Made by a program: the position numbers and the translations under genes
Origin: Thermoproteus tenax Kra 1
Lineage (GTDB): Archaea > Thermoproteota > Thermoprotei > Thermoproteales > Thermoproteaceae
Direction: 5' to 3'
Assembly: GCF_000253055.1 (NCBI RefSeq)
Contig: NC_016070.1
Coordinates: 900,001 to 932,000 of the forward strand
DNA: 32,000 nucleotides
Notes under the pieces: generated by a model
Databases searched by the model: none
Seen by the model: only the letters and a program-made list of their open reading frames with translations
Told to the model about the DNA's origin: nothing
Shown: positions 1 to 7,030 of the stretch, piece after piece
Layout of the letters: each line of letters opens with the position of its first letter
How positions within the stretch are numbered: the stretch's first letter is position 1

Positions 1-800
1 TGGCCTCCTCGAATATCTCCCTCAGCTTGGCCTCGGACTCGCCGTAGTATTTGGACATTATCTCGGGGCCGTTTATGGCTATGAAGTACGCGTTGGCCTC
101 GTTGGCCACCGCCTTGGCGAGGAGGGTCTTGCCCACGCCCGGAGGCCCGTACAAGAGTATCCCCTTGGGCGGCTCTATGCCCAGATGTTTGAACAGCTCG
201 GGGTGCCTCAGCGGGAGCTCCACTAGCTCCCTTATCTTCTGTTTCGCCTCCTCCAGATCGCCGATGTCCTCCCAAGTGACGCGAGGGATGGCCAGCTCGG
301 TCTCCTTGACGGGCTCCTCCCTTACAGCCACGTCGGTGTCAACCGACACGTAGGCCGCCGGGCCTGGTTGCACTTGAACTACTACAAACCTTATGGAGCC
401 GCCATAGAAGGGCACGTCTATGGCCTGTCCGCGCGTCACAGGCTTGCCCAGAAGGATCTGCTTCTTGAGGTACTCCGGGTCTACTCTGACGGGCTCCGTA
501 GGGGCCAAGACTACCCTTTGGGCTGGCTTCAGCGAGACCCTCCTCACTTTGACCGTATCCCCTATGCCCACGCCAGCGTTCTGCCTTATCATGCCGTCCA
601 TGCGTATTATGTCTTTGTCCTCGTCCTCAGGATAGGCCGGCCACACTTGCGCATAGGCCGTCTTGCGCCCCACGATCTCAACGTAGTCGCCCGGCTCTAC
701 GCCGAGCTTCTTCATGACTCTTATCGGTATCCTAACTATCGAGCGCCCAACGTCGCGGGACTTCGCTTCGTATATGCGCAGAATGACCTCATCGGCCATG
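1..800 (-). CDS. cdc48: Cdc48/VCP-family AAA+ ATPase, N-terminal part (continues beyond window start)
   Basis: Minus-strand reading gives MADEVILRIYEAKSRDVGRSIVRI...VTWEDIGDLEEAKQKIRELVELPLRHPELFKHLGIEPPKGILLYGPPGVGKTLLAKAVANEANAYF, i.e. CDC48 N-domain plus Walker A. An alternative ATG lies at 806. Confidence 0.93.
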
Positions 801-900
801 CTCATGGCCCTCCCCTGTCTATAAAAGCTTTCTTCATCGCGCCGGCGACTCTGCGCCAATGGCGGAGATGAGTTTTTAAGAGGAAGTCTCATTTACGTAT

Positions 901-1425
901 ATGTCCATCTTCGACGAAATCGACAGAATAATGAGAAGATGGCAGAGGTTCTTTGAAGACTTAGAGAAAGAGATCGACGAGGAGTTCAGACGCCTCGCCT
1001 CACAACAGTATCAGTCCCCAAGAAGGCCGCGGTTTTACTACTACGGTTTCGAGATAACTATGGGCCCGGACGGGAAGCCCGTCGTCAGAGAGTTCGGGAA
1101 CGTCAGAGGCAGGAAACAAGGAGGCATCGAGGTCGTCGACGAGATTGAACCGTTGACGGACGTCGTTGAGGACGATGGGAAAATAAGAGTCGTCGCCGAG
1201 ATGCCCGGGGTCGAGAAGGAGGATATAAAGGTGAGGCTCTCCAACGACAACAGAACACTGATAATAAGCGCCTCCGGTAAGGACAGAAAGTATTACAAAG
1301 AGATACCTCTGCCCGCCGAAGTGATCCCAGACAAGACCAAGGCCTCCTACAGAAACGGCGTTTTGACAGTGGAGCTTGAAAAGAAGGACAAGGGACGGGG
1401 CGGTTTCGAGATCAAAGTAGAGTAG
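901..1425 (+). CDS. hsp20: Hsp20/alpha-crystallin small heat shock protein
   Basis: 174 aa with a C-terminal alpha-crystallin domain (VVAEMPGVEKEDIKVRLSNDNRTLIISA...YYKEIPLPAEV...ASYRNGVLTVELEK). Overlaps the next gene tail-to-tail by about 14 nt. Confidence 0.92.
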   Translation: MSIFDEIDRIMRRWQRFFEDLEKEIDEEFRRLASQQYQSPRRPRFYYYGFEITMGPDGKPVVREFGNVRGRKQGGIEVVDEIEPLTDVVEDDGKIRVVAEMPGVEKEDIKVRLSNDNRTLIISASGKDRKYYKEIPLPAEVIPDKTKASYRNGVLTVELEKKDKGRGGFEIKVE

Positions 1426-2371
1426 GCAGCTCCTGGGCCAACGCCTTGATGAGCTCCACTGCGTTTTTTAAGTCATCTAAGTGCACCATCTCGGCGGGGC
1501 TGTGGGCGTACTTGTTGGGTATGCCGATGGCCACGGCAAGCACGCCGGCTTGAACGAAAGCCGCCGCATCGGTGCCTCCCCCGCCTCCGCCTATTTGGAC
1601 CGGTATTCCCCTCCTCCTCGCTAAGTCTAGCACCGCCCTCGCCAAACGCGTCGCGTAGCCTCCGTAGTTATCAAACAGCCTTATCACGGGGCCCTTCCCG
1701 GGCTTAACTGGGCCGTTGACAGCGGGGTTGCAACACGCCATTGTGTCCACAACTACGGCGTACTTCACATCGAGCTTTCTCGAGATCCACTTGGCCCCCA
1801 CTAGCCCGACCTCTTCCTGAGTGGTCCACACAAATTTGGCATCTACCTCTCTCGACGCTGCCAACAACGCCCATGTGCCCGCTCTGTCGTCTAGAGACGG
1901 CGATGTCACAAAGCGCCCCGCGACGGCCGGCCTCTTCTCGAAGGCTATGGGCGTCAATGGGCCGAAGCCCAAGGACTCAAGCTCCTCCTTCGTCAAGCCG
2001 AAGTCGGCGTAGAGCTCCTCGGCCCCCTTCTCGACATGCCCGCTCTTCCCGAAGTGCGGCGCTTCGACCCCGATGACTCCCGTGAGCTCGAAGGAATCGC
2101 CGTAGGCGATCACGCGGGCCCCCTTCAGAACTGCGTCGTCGATCGAGCCAGCCTTTCTGAACTTTACTTTACCGTCGTCCTCTACAGATGTAGCTATCAA
2201 GCCCACTTCGTCGAGATGCGCCACGAAGGCCACCTTGGATCTCCCCGACGTAACTACTCCGAACTCATCCGCCTCTCCTCCGGCTAGCTCAGCCACCTTC
2301 GCCGAGATCCTCTGCTCGAATCCAGAGACGCCTGGGATCGACAACAGAGTGAAGAGGAGGTCCAGATCCAT
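1412..2371 (-). CDS. M42 family metallopeptidase (deblocking aminopeptidase/endoglucanase-like)
   Basis: 319 aa: LLSIPGVSGFEQ, VAHLDEVG, SLDDRAGTW, TTQEEVGLVGA, GGGGGTDAAAFVQAGVLAVAIGIPNKYAHSPAEMV are M42 metal-ligand and catalytic motifs. Confidence 0.92.
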   Translation of the reverse strand: MDLDLLFTLLSIPGVSGFEQRISAKVAELAGGEADEFGVVTSGRSKVAFVAHLDEVGLIATSVEDDGKVKFRKAGSIDDAVLKGARVIAYGDSFELTGVIGVEAPHFGKSGHVEKGAEELYADFGLTKEELESLGFGPLTPIAFEKRPAVAGRFVTSPSLDDRAGTWALLAASREVDAKFVWTTQEEVGLVGAKWISRKLDVKYAVVVDTMACCNPAVNGPVKPGKGPVIRLFDNYGGYATRLARAVLDLARRRGIPVQIGGGGGGTDAAAFVQAGVLAVAIGIPNKYAHSPAEMVHLDDLKNAVELIKALAQELPTLL

Positions 2372-2415
2372 ACGCCTCGTAGAGATTACGTTAAAATAAG
2401 TTTCTTCATACTCCT

Positions 2416-3126
2416 GTGCCCTATCACATCAGAGCCAACAGAGGGGATATAGCCGAGTTTGTTGTCGGCGTAGGCGATCCCGCGCGCGCCCAGCTATTCG
2501 CCGACCTTATCGGCGCGAGACTGGTGAACTCCCATAGATTTCCGGTCTATACAGGAGATTATCGGGGCATGCCGGTGACTATAGTGGGCCACGGTATTGG
2601 CGCGCCATCTATAGCCATAGCTCTGGAGGAGCTCCATCAGTTGGGCATGAGGAGGTTCGTAAGGATAGGTACAGCGGGCGCCCTCGCGGACCTGAGGATA
2701 GGCGATGTGGTCGTGGCGAGCTCCGCCATAGTCCCACATAGGGGCGGCATCTATTCGGCATATCTGGGCGACGCATATCCCCCTCTGGCCCCCTCGCCCG
2801 AGTTGGCCACGGCCCTCTACGAGGGGCTCAGAGGATCAAACGCCGTCCTTGGCCCAGTGGTCTCCAGCGATGCCTTCTACGCAGAGTCGCAAGAGGCAGA
2901 GAGGTGGAGGCGTTGGGGAGCTCTGGCGGTCGAAATGGAGTGCGCCGCGGCGATGATGTTGGGATGGCTGAGGGGGTTTCAGACGGCGTGTGTCCTTGTG
3001 ATAAGCAATGTGGTCGGAAGAGAGGAGACCGCAGATCTCTCGAAAAGGTTCGCGGAAATATTTCTGAGAGTACTGGATATCATGAGGGGTTCCTACTCGT
3101 CACCTATCAGGAGCGGCAGCCCTTGA
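2416..3126 (+). CDS. S-methyl-5'-thioadenosine/purine nucleoside phosphorylase family (PNP_UDP_1)
   Basis: 236 aa with GTG start; FVVGVGDPARAQLFADLIGA...GHGIGAPSIAIALEELHQLG...RIGTAGAL...SSDAFYAES...VEMECAAAMML matches the Sulfolobus MTAP/PNP type. Confidence 0.88.
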   Translation: MPYHIRANRGDIAEFVVGVGDPARAQLFADLIGARLVNSHRFPVYTGDYRGMPVTIVGHGIGAPSIAIALEELHQLGMRRFVRIGTAGALADLRIGDVVVASSAIVPHRGGIYSAYLGDAYPPLAPSPELATALYEGLRGSNAVLGPVVSSDAFYAESQEAERWRRWGALAVEMECAAAMMLGWLRGFQTACVLVISNVVGREETADLSKRFAEIFLRVLDIMRGSYSSPIRSGSP

Positions 3127-3405
3127 ATCACTAAGTACGAAGTATTCGCGGCTTAAAATATCTAGCGCGGCGAGGATCTCTCTATACTTTTCCTCAATAC
3201 ACGAGGAGCAATACGCGAGAGCCCGCCTCTTATACACGCCTAAATAGCCTAAGTTTTCGGAGTTGATGTCTACGCCGCATCTACTACATTTCAATTTTCT
3301 TATTTTCAGAAAAATTTCTACTTCTGTTCTGTCTACGTTCGCCAGGACTCTGCCATCGACGGAAAGATAGTAGAATAGTTTCAGCCTACTCCCCCTCTCT
3401 CCCAT
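3100..3405 (-). CDS. Small protein with paired CxxC motifs (putative zinc-binding)
   Basis: MGERGSRLKLFYYLSVDGRVLANVDRTEV...KLKCSRCGVDINSENLGYLGVYKRRALAYCSSCIEEKYRE. The open frame reaches 3447; the ATG at 3405 is the likely start. Confidence 0.6.
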   Translation of the reverse strand: MGERGSRLKLFYYLSVDGRVLANVDRTEVEIFLKIRKLKCSRCGVDINSENLGYLGVYKRRALAYCSSCIEEKYREILAALDILSREYFVLSDSRAAAPDR

Positions 3406-3447
3406 GTAGAATAGGATAGAATAAAAACAACTGACGTTGTCCGACAA

Positions 3448-4299
3448 ATGCTACAGCTAGTGCAATATTTCGCACAATACATAGGGCTAATGGCGGCGGG
3501 CTACCTAGTGGGCCGCCTATTGAGGGTCAAGGTGCCGTCTCTCGTCTTTACGTTGGTCGTCTCAGCGCTGATCTTCTTGGCGTCGGCCGCAAGCGCTGAT
3601 GTCATAATAGGCTCTGTAGGCTATATCCTGGCCATCTCATCTGCCTACGCCCTCTTAGTCTCGTTGGCATCGGCGGCGCCGCTCGCTCCACTGGTGGGCC
3701 GCGCCCACAGGGAGGGGGCGCCTGCGCCGAAGATATCCTTGGTGGCGTTGGCCTCTCTCATCTTGGGGATATCGTTCGGACGCCTCATCGACGCGCCCTA
3801 CGAGTCGGCCATAGGACCTGTCCTCATGTTGCTCCTATTTTTGGCGGGCGCAGACATAAGCTCAATTAGAGGATTGAAGATAGAGCCCAGAGCACTAGCT
3901 CCTCCTGCGGCGTCTCTCGCGGCGAGTTTCGCAGTAGGTCTCGTCATTTATGACCTTACCGGCGTAAGCCCCGCTGTGGCAGTCGGGATGGGCTGGTACA
4001 GCTTCACAGGACCCTTCTTGTTGACCGCCTCTAACGATCCAACTCTCTCCACTATAGGGTTTTTGGCAAACTTCATTAGAGAGCAGCTTACCTACCTACT
4101 GGTGCCTCTGCTCTCAAGCCGCCTCCCCCGCGAGGCCCTAATAGCCATGGGGGGAGCCACCACCATGGACAACACGCTTCCTCTGTATAGATCAGTCTAC
4201 GGAGCAGAGGCCGTAGTGCCCGCGGTGATTAACGGCGTCGTTCTCACGATCGCCGTCCCTGTGGTTGTGCCTTTGGTCTATAGCCTATTTCCTCGCTAG
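3448..4299 (+). CDS. lysO: LysO/DUF340 family membrane protein (putative lysine exporter)
   Basis: 283 aa, multiple hydrophobic segments; GMGWYSFTGPFL...GFLANFIREQLTYLLVP...MGGATTMDNTLPLYRSVYG...NGVVLTIAVPVVVPLV resembles LysO/YbjE C-terminal signatures. Confidence 0.78.
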   Translation: MLQLVQYFAQYIGLMAAGYLVGRLLRVKVPSLVFTLVVSALIFLASAASADVIIGSVGYILAISSAYALLVSLASAAPLAPLVGRAHREGAPAPKISLVALASLILGISFGRLIDAPYESAIGPVLMLLLFLAGADISSIRGLKIEPRALAPPAASLAASFAVGLVIYDLTGVSPAVAVGMGWYSFTGPFLLTASNDPTLSTIGFLANFIREQLTYLLVPLLSSRLPREALIAMGGATTMDNTLPLYRSVYGAEAVVPAVINGVVLTIAVPVVVPLVYSLFPR

Positions 4300-4872
4300 C
4301 CGCTCTACGCCCCATCTATAGATGTCGTTGTGTCTGACTCCTATTATGTCCAGAATTCTGCCCACGACGAAATCTATCAAGTCGTCGATAGTCTTAGGTC
4401 TGTGGTAAAACGGAGGAGAGGCCGGCATAATCACGGCCCCCGCCTCGGCGGCCAACTGCATGTTTTTAATATGTACTAGGCTCAGCGGCATTTCCCTGAT
4501 CAACAACACCAGCTTTCTTCTCTCCTTGAGCGCTACCTCTGCCGCCCGTATTATTAAGTTGAGCGTCAACCCGTTGGCTATCGCCGCCAGGGTCTTCGTA
4601 GAGCACGGCGCTATGACCACGGCGTCTAGGGGGAAGCTGCCCGAGGCAGGCGGGGCGCCCATGTCGTGTTCCTCCCAGTAGTAGTCAGCCAGAGAGAGGA
4701 CGTAGTCTCTCTCAACGCCGAGTTCGTGCCTTATTATGTCCCAGGCTGTCCGCGACACGGAGAGGTGCACCTCAACGCCGTGTCTCTTCAGAGCTTGGAG
4801 CAACCTCACGCCGTAGATGACGCCGGAGGCCCCCGTGATTCCCACGAACGTTCTCATGGGAGCCTGCGGCAA
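4285..4872 (-). CDS. ubiX: UbiX family flavin prenyltransferase
   Basis: FVGITGASGVIYGVRLLQALKRHGVEVHLSVSRTA...VVIAPCSTKTLAAIANGLTLNLIIRAAEVALKERRKLVLLIREMPLSLVHIKNM...FYHRPKT: canonical UbiX motifs. Confidence 0.93.
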   Translation of the reverse strand: MPQAPMRTFVGITGASGVIYGVRLLQALKRHGVEVHLSVSRTAWDIIRHELGVERDYVLSLADYYWEEHDMGAPPASGSFPLDAVVIAPCSTKTLAAIANGLTLNLIIRAAEVALKERRKLVLLIREMPLSLVHIKNMQLAAEAGAVIMPASPPFYHRPKTIDDLIDFVVGRILDIIGVRHNDIYRWGVERLARK

Positions 4873-4904
4873 TGAACATATATATTAAGCGTTAAGATGA
4901 TAAT

Positions 4905-5111
4905 ATGCGTAGCAAGAGGCGCATTCTCCACAACCCAGTTGTTGTATCAGTGCACTTGCCCGAGGACTATATCGAGAAGATGGACGCCCTAGTGAAGATG
5001 GGTCTGTTCAAAAGCCGGTCCGAGATCGTTGAGATAGCGTTGCAAGAGCTCGTCTCAAAATACAACGTGACTATCGAGGACGAGGACATAGACGTATTGA
5101 GGGGCAGATAG
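4905..5111 (+). CDS. Ribbon-helix-helix (CopG-like) transcriptional regulator
   Basis: 68 aa: VVSVHLPEDYIEKMDALVKMGLFKSRSEIVEIALQELV is a typical RHH fold sequence. Confidence 0.82.
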   Translation: MRSKRRILHNPVVVSVHLPEDYIEKMDALVKMGLFKSRSEIVEIALQELVSKYNVTIEDEDIDVLRGR

Positions 5112-5112
5112 C

Positions 5113-5161
5113 TCAGTCGTGTCACCTGCGGTCACATATCGCCACACACCGCTCTCATCAC
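5113..5161 (-). ncRNA. Putative C/D box sRNA (2'-O-methylation guide)
   Basis: Minus strand reads GTGATGA (C) - GAGCGGTGTGTGG (guide) - CGAT (degenerate D') - A - TGTGACC (degenerate C') - GCAGGTGACACGA (guide) - CTGA (D). The 49-nt compact geometry is typical of archaeal sRNAs. It sits between the RHH stop codon and the 3' end of the hexuloisomerase gene. Confidence 0.68.
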
Positions 5162-5168
5162 AGATGCG

Positions 5169-5777
5169 CTAGGGCACCTCAATATTAGCGTGTCGCCTGG
5201 CGAGCTCTTGCTCATTCTTGCCGAGCCTCTTCATTAGGTCGGCTACAACGGCGTCCAGGACCACTATGGTAGTGTCCTCAAAGAGAGTGCCCAGAGGGGA
5301 CAGAGGCTCGTGGAGACCCAAGATCTGTCTGGCGAAATAGTCGTCCATCACGGCGACTTTGGTGCGGCCGGGGACAAATACGACTAGATCTGACAACTTC
5401 CCCAACGGAGAGTCGGGGTACGTAGTTACTGCGACAACGGTGGCGCCCATCTTCTTCGCCGCCTCGGCGGCCGCAATGACTATCTGGGTGGTCCCGCTGC
5501 CCGATATGGCGACAACTAGATCGCCCTTCTCCACCGGAGGGGTTATGGTCTCGCCCAGAACGTACGAGTGTAGGCCCAAATGCCTCAGTCTCATGGCGAA
5601 CCCTCTGCCGACGAGGCCGCTTCGGCCCATTCCAACCACGAGGACGGCCCTCTCCTCTTTATATGCTGTGACTAATAATTGTACAAACTTCTCAATAGAA
5701 TCTAAATCCAGTTTATTTAAAGAGTTTATTATGAAATGAGCAATTTCCAAATATGCAGATTTGAATATATCTGACAC
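5169..5777 (-). CDS. hxlB: 6-phospho-3-hexuloisomerase (SIS domain)
   Basis: 202 aa: VLVVGMGRSGLVGRGFAMRLRHLG...VLGETITPPVEKGDLVVAISGSGTTQIVIAAAEAAKKMGATVVAVTTYPDSPLGKLSD. Confidence 0.93.
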   Translation of the reverse strand: MSDIFKSAYLEIAHFIINSLNKLDLDSIEKFVQLLVTAYKEERAVLVVGMGRSGLVGRGFAMRLRHLGLHSYVLGETITPPVEKGDLVVAISGSGTTQIVIAAAEAAKKMGATVVAVTTYPDSPLGKLSDLVVFVPGRTKVAVMDDYFARQILGLHEPLSPLGTLFEDTTIVVLDAVVADLMKRLGKNEQELARRHANIEVP

Positions 5778-5805
5778 ATATAAAAGAAATTATATGTTTT
5801 TAAAG

Positions 5806-6195
5806 TTATCTTCTCAGCGATCTATCCCCGCGGAATACCTCGACCCTCTGAGCTCCGAGCTCTTTGGCAATATAGTTGAAAGCCGCTTCGGGGTCTGTGT
5901 TGCCGCAAGTGTAGACGTCCACTGTAGCGAATGCGTGCTCTGGCCAAGTGTGGACAGATATATGGCTCTCGGCGACTATCGCGAAGACGGTGAGACCGCC
6001 GTTTGCCCCAAACTTGTATGTATTTACGGAGACTAGAGTCGCGTTGGCTATCTTCGCGGCGTTCCTCACTATCTGTATAAGTCTGCCCTCATCTCGGAGC
6101 ACCTCAGAGTTGCAATCATATAGGTTACCATATACGTGCCTGCCTACTACCACGGCCTCACCCCCGGCGACCCCCCTCATGAAAGGGGGGTTCAC
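5806..6195 (-). CDS. speH: AdoMetDC-family pyruvoyl decarboxylase proenzyme (AdoMet or arginine decarboxylase)
   Basis: 129 aa with VVGRHVYGNLYDC and the autocleavage segment AESHISVHTWPEHAFATVDVYTCG. Confidence 0.88.
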   Translation of the reverse strand: MNPPFMRGVAGGEAVVVGRHVYGNLYDCNSEVLRDEGRLIQIVRNAAKIANATLVSVNTYKFGANGGLTVFAIVAESHISVHTWPEHAFATVDVYTCGNTDPEAAFNYIAKELGAQRVEVFRGDRSLRR

Positions 6196-6311
6196 GGCAG
6201 ATATATAAACTTGACCCCCAAGATTGTTCTCGTAATATCTCGCGTCGTCCTAATCCTCTTATTCCTATAGAGATCACAAATTCAAAAAATATAAAGGTTA
6301 TTATACAAAAA

Positions 6312-6395
6312 TTACCATTCCTCTTCCTCCTCCCACTCCTCCTCGAACTCGTCCCACAGCTCCTCTTCCTCCTCCCACTCCTCCTCAAATGGCAT
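6312..6395 (-). CDS. Putative 27-aa highly acidic Trp-rich microprotein MPFEEEWEEEEELWDEFEEEWEEEEEW
   Basis: ATG...TAA frame read directly from the sequence, below the ORF track cutoff. TATA-like TTTATATA lies just over 20 nt upstream of the ATG, consistent with a leaderless transcript. T-rich DNA lies downstream. Confidence 0.6.
   Translation of the reverse strand: MPFEEEWEEEEELWDEFEEEWEEEEEW
6319..6386. repeat. 26-bp exact direct repeat, period 42 bp (copies 6319..6344 and 6361..6386)
   Basis: TCCTCTTCCTCCTCCCACTCCTCCTC occurs twice; the period is 14 codons within the acidic micro-ORF. Confidence 0.9.
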
Positions 6396-6410
6396 AGCTC
6401 AGGCTGTGTC

Positions 6411-6423
6411 GGGGTATATAAAC
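6411..6423. promoter_or_regulatory. TATA element possibly shared by divergent genes
   Basis: GGTATATAAAC; minus-strand TTTATATACC is suitably placed for the ATG at 6395. For the plus strand it is too close to the ATG at 6425, so an in-frame GTG at 6440 may be the true start. Confidence 0.5.
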
Positions 6424-6424
6424 A

Positions 6425-7030
6425 ATGCACTTTGTAACTGTGGCGACGTTAGTGGCGGTCAAGAGGGCCTACGTGGAGGGAGTCACCCAAAGAAGAATCA
6501 GATATACATTTTTATATAACGAGGCGGCGCCGCTACGTCTGCTGATAGAGGAGGCGAGGCGCCGCGCCGAGGAGATAGCGGCTGAGTGGAGTTCGACCCT
6601 CTGCCGCGCGGAGCTCCCGAGCGTAGGAGTGCTCGCCCTAGAGTGGCTGGGAGGGACTCTATTGGCAGACTTGTCCATATGCTTCCCCATATCAAGGCCG
6701 TTGACGAGGCCCGTGGATATGTTCCTAGACGCAGAGTTCAAGAAACTATCCCTATGTCTTGAGCCTCTGGCCCCCATAGGGGAGATCTTGGGATATTCGG
6801 TGGCCAAGGCCAGATCCCTCAGAGATGCAGCGGGGCGCATCTCGTTGAGGGACGGCATCTTGGTGGTCAAACTGAAGGGCCTATATTTCATGGGAAGGGG
6901 ATCTGCCGAGCCCGATCTGCAGGGCGGCATCAGAGTCGAGGTGGCCAAGCTCGGCTGCGAGGGCATCGATCCCCTAAAGGGACTTCTGAAGGCCAGAGAG
7001 CTCCTCAGACGTCGGGGTAGGACAGCATGA
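6425..7030 (+). CDS. Hypothetical protein (start possibly GTG at 6440)
   Basis: 201-aa open frame with plausible composition (YVEGVTQRRIRYTFLYNEAAPLRLLIEEARRRAEEIAAEW...). Overlaps the opposite-strand gene at its 3' end. Confidence 0.6.
   Translation: MHFVTVATLVAVKRAYVEGVTQRRIRYTFLYNEAAPLRLLIEEARRRAEEIAAEWSSTLCRAELPSVGVLALEWLGGTLLADLSICFPISRPLTRPVDMFLDAEFKKLSLCLEPLAPIGEILGYSVAKARSLRDAAGRISLRDGILVVKLKGLYFMGRGSAEPDLQGGIRVEVAKLGCEGIDPLKGLLKARELLRRRGRTA

Noticed and set aside
1741-2076. 111-aa plus ORF over the M42 peptidase
   Set aside because: Antisense Ser/Arg/Pro-rich shadow frame of a high-GC gene.
5948-6208. 86-aa plus ORF antisense to the AdoMetDC-family gene
   Set aside because: Opposite strand of a strongly conserved enzyme; no family features.
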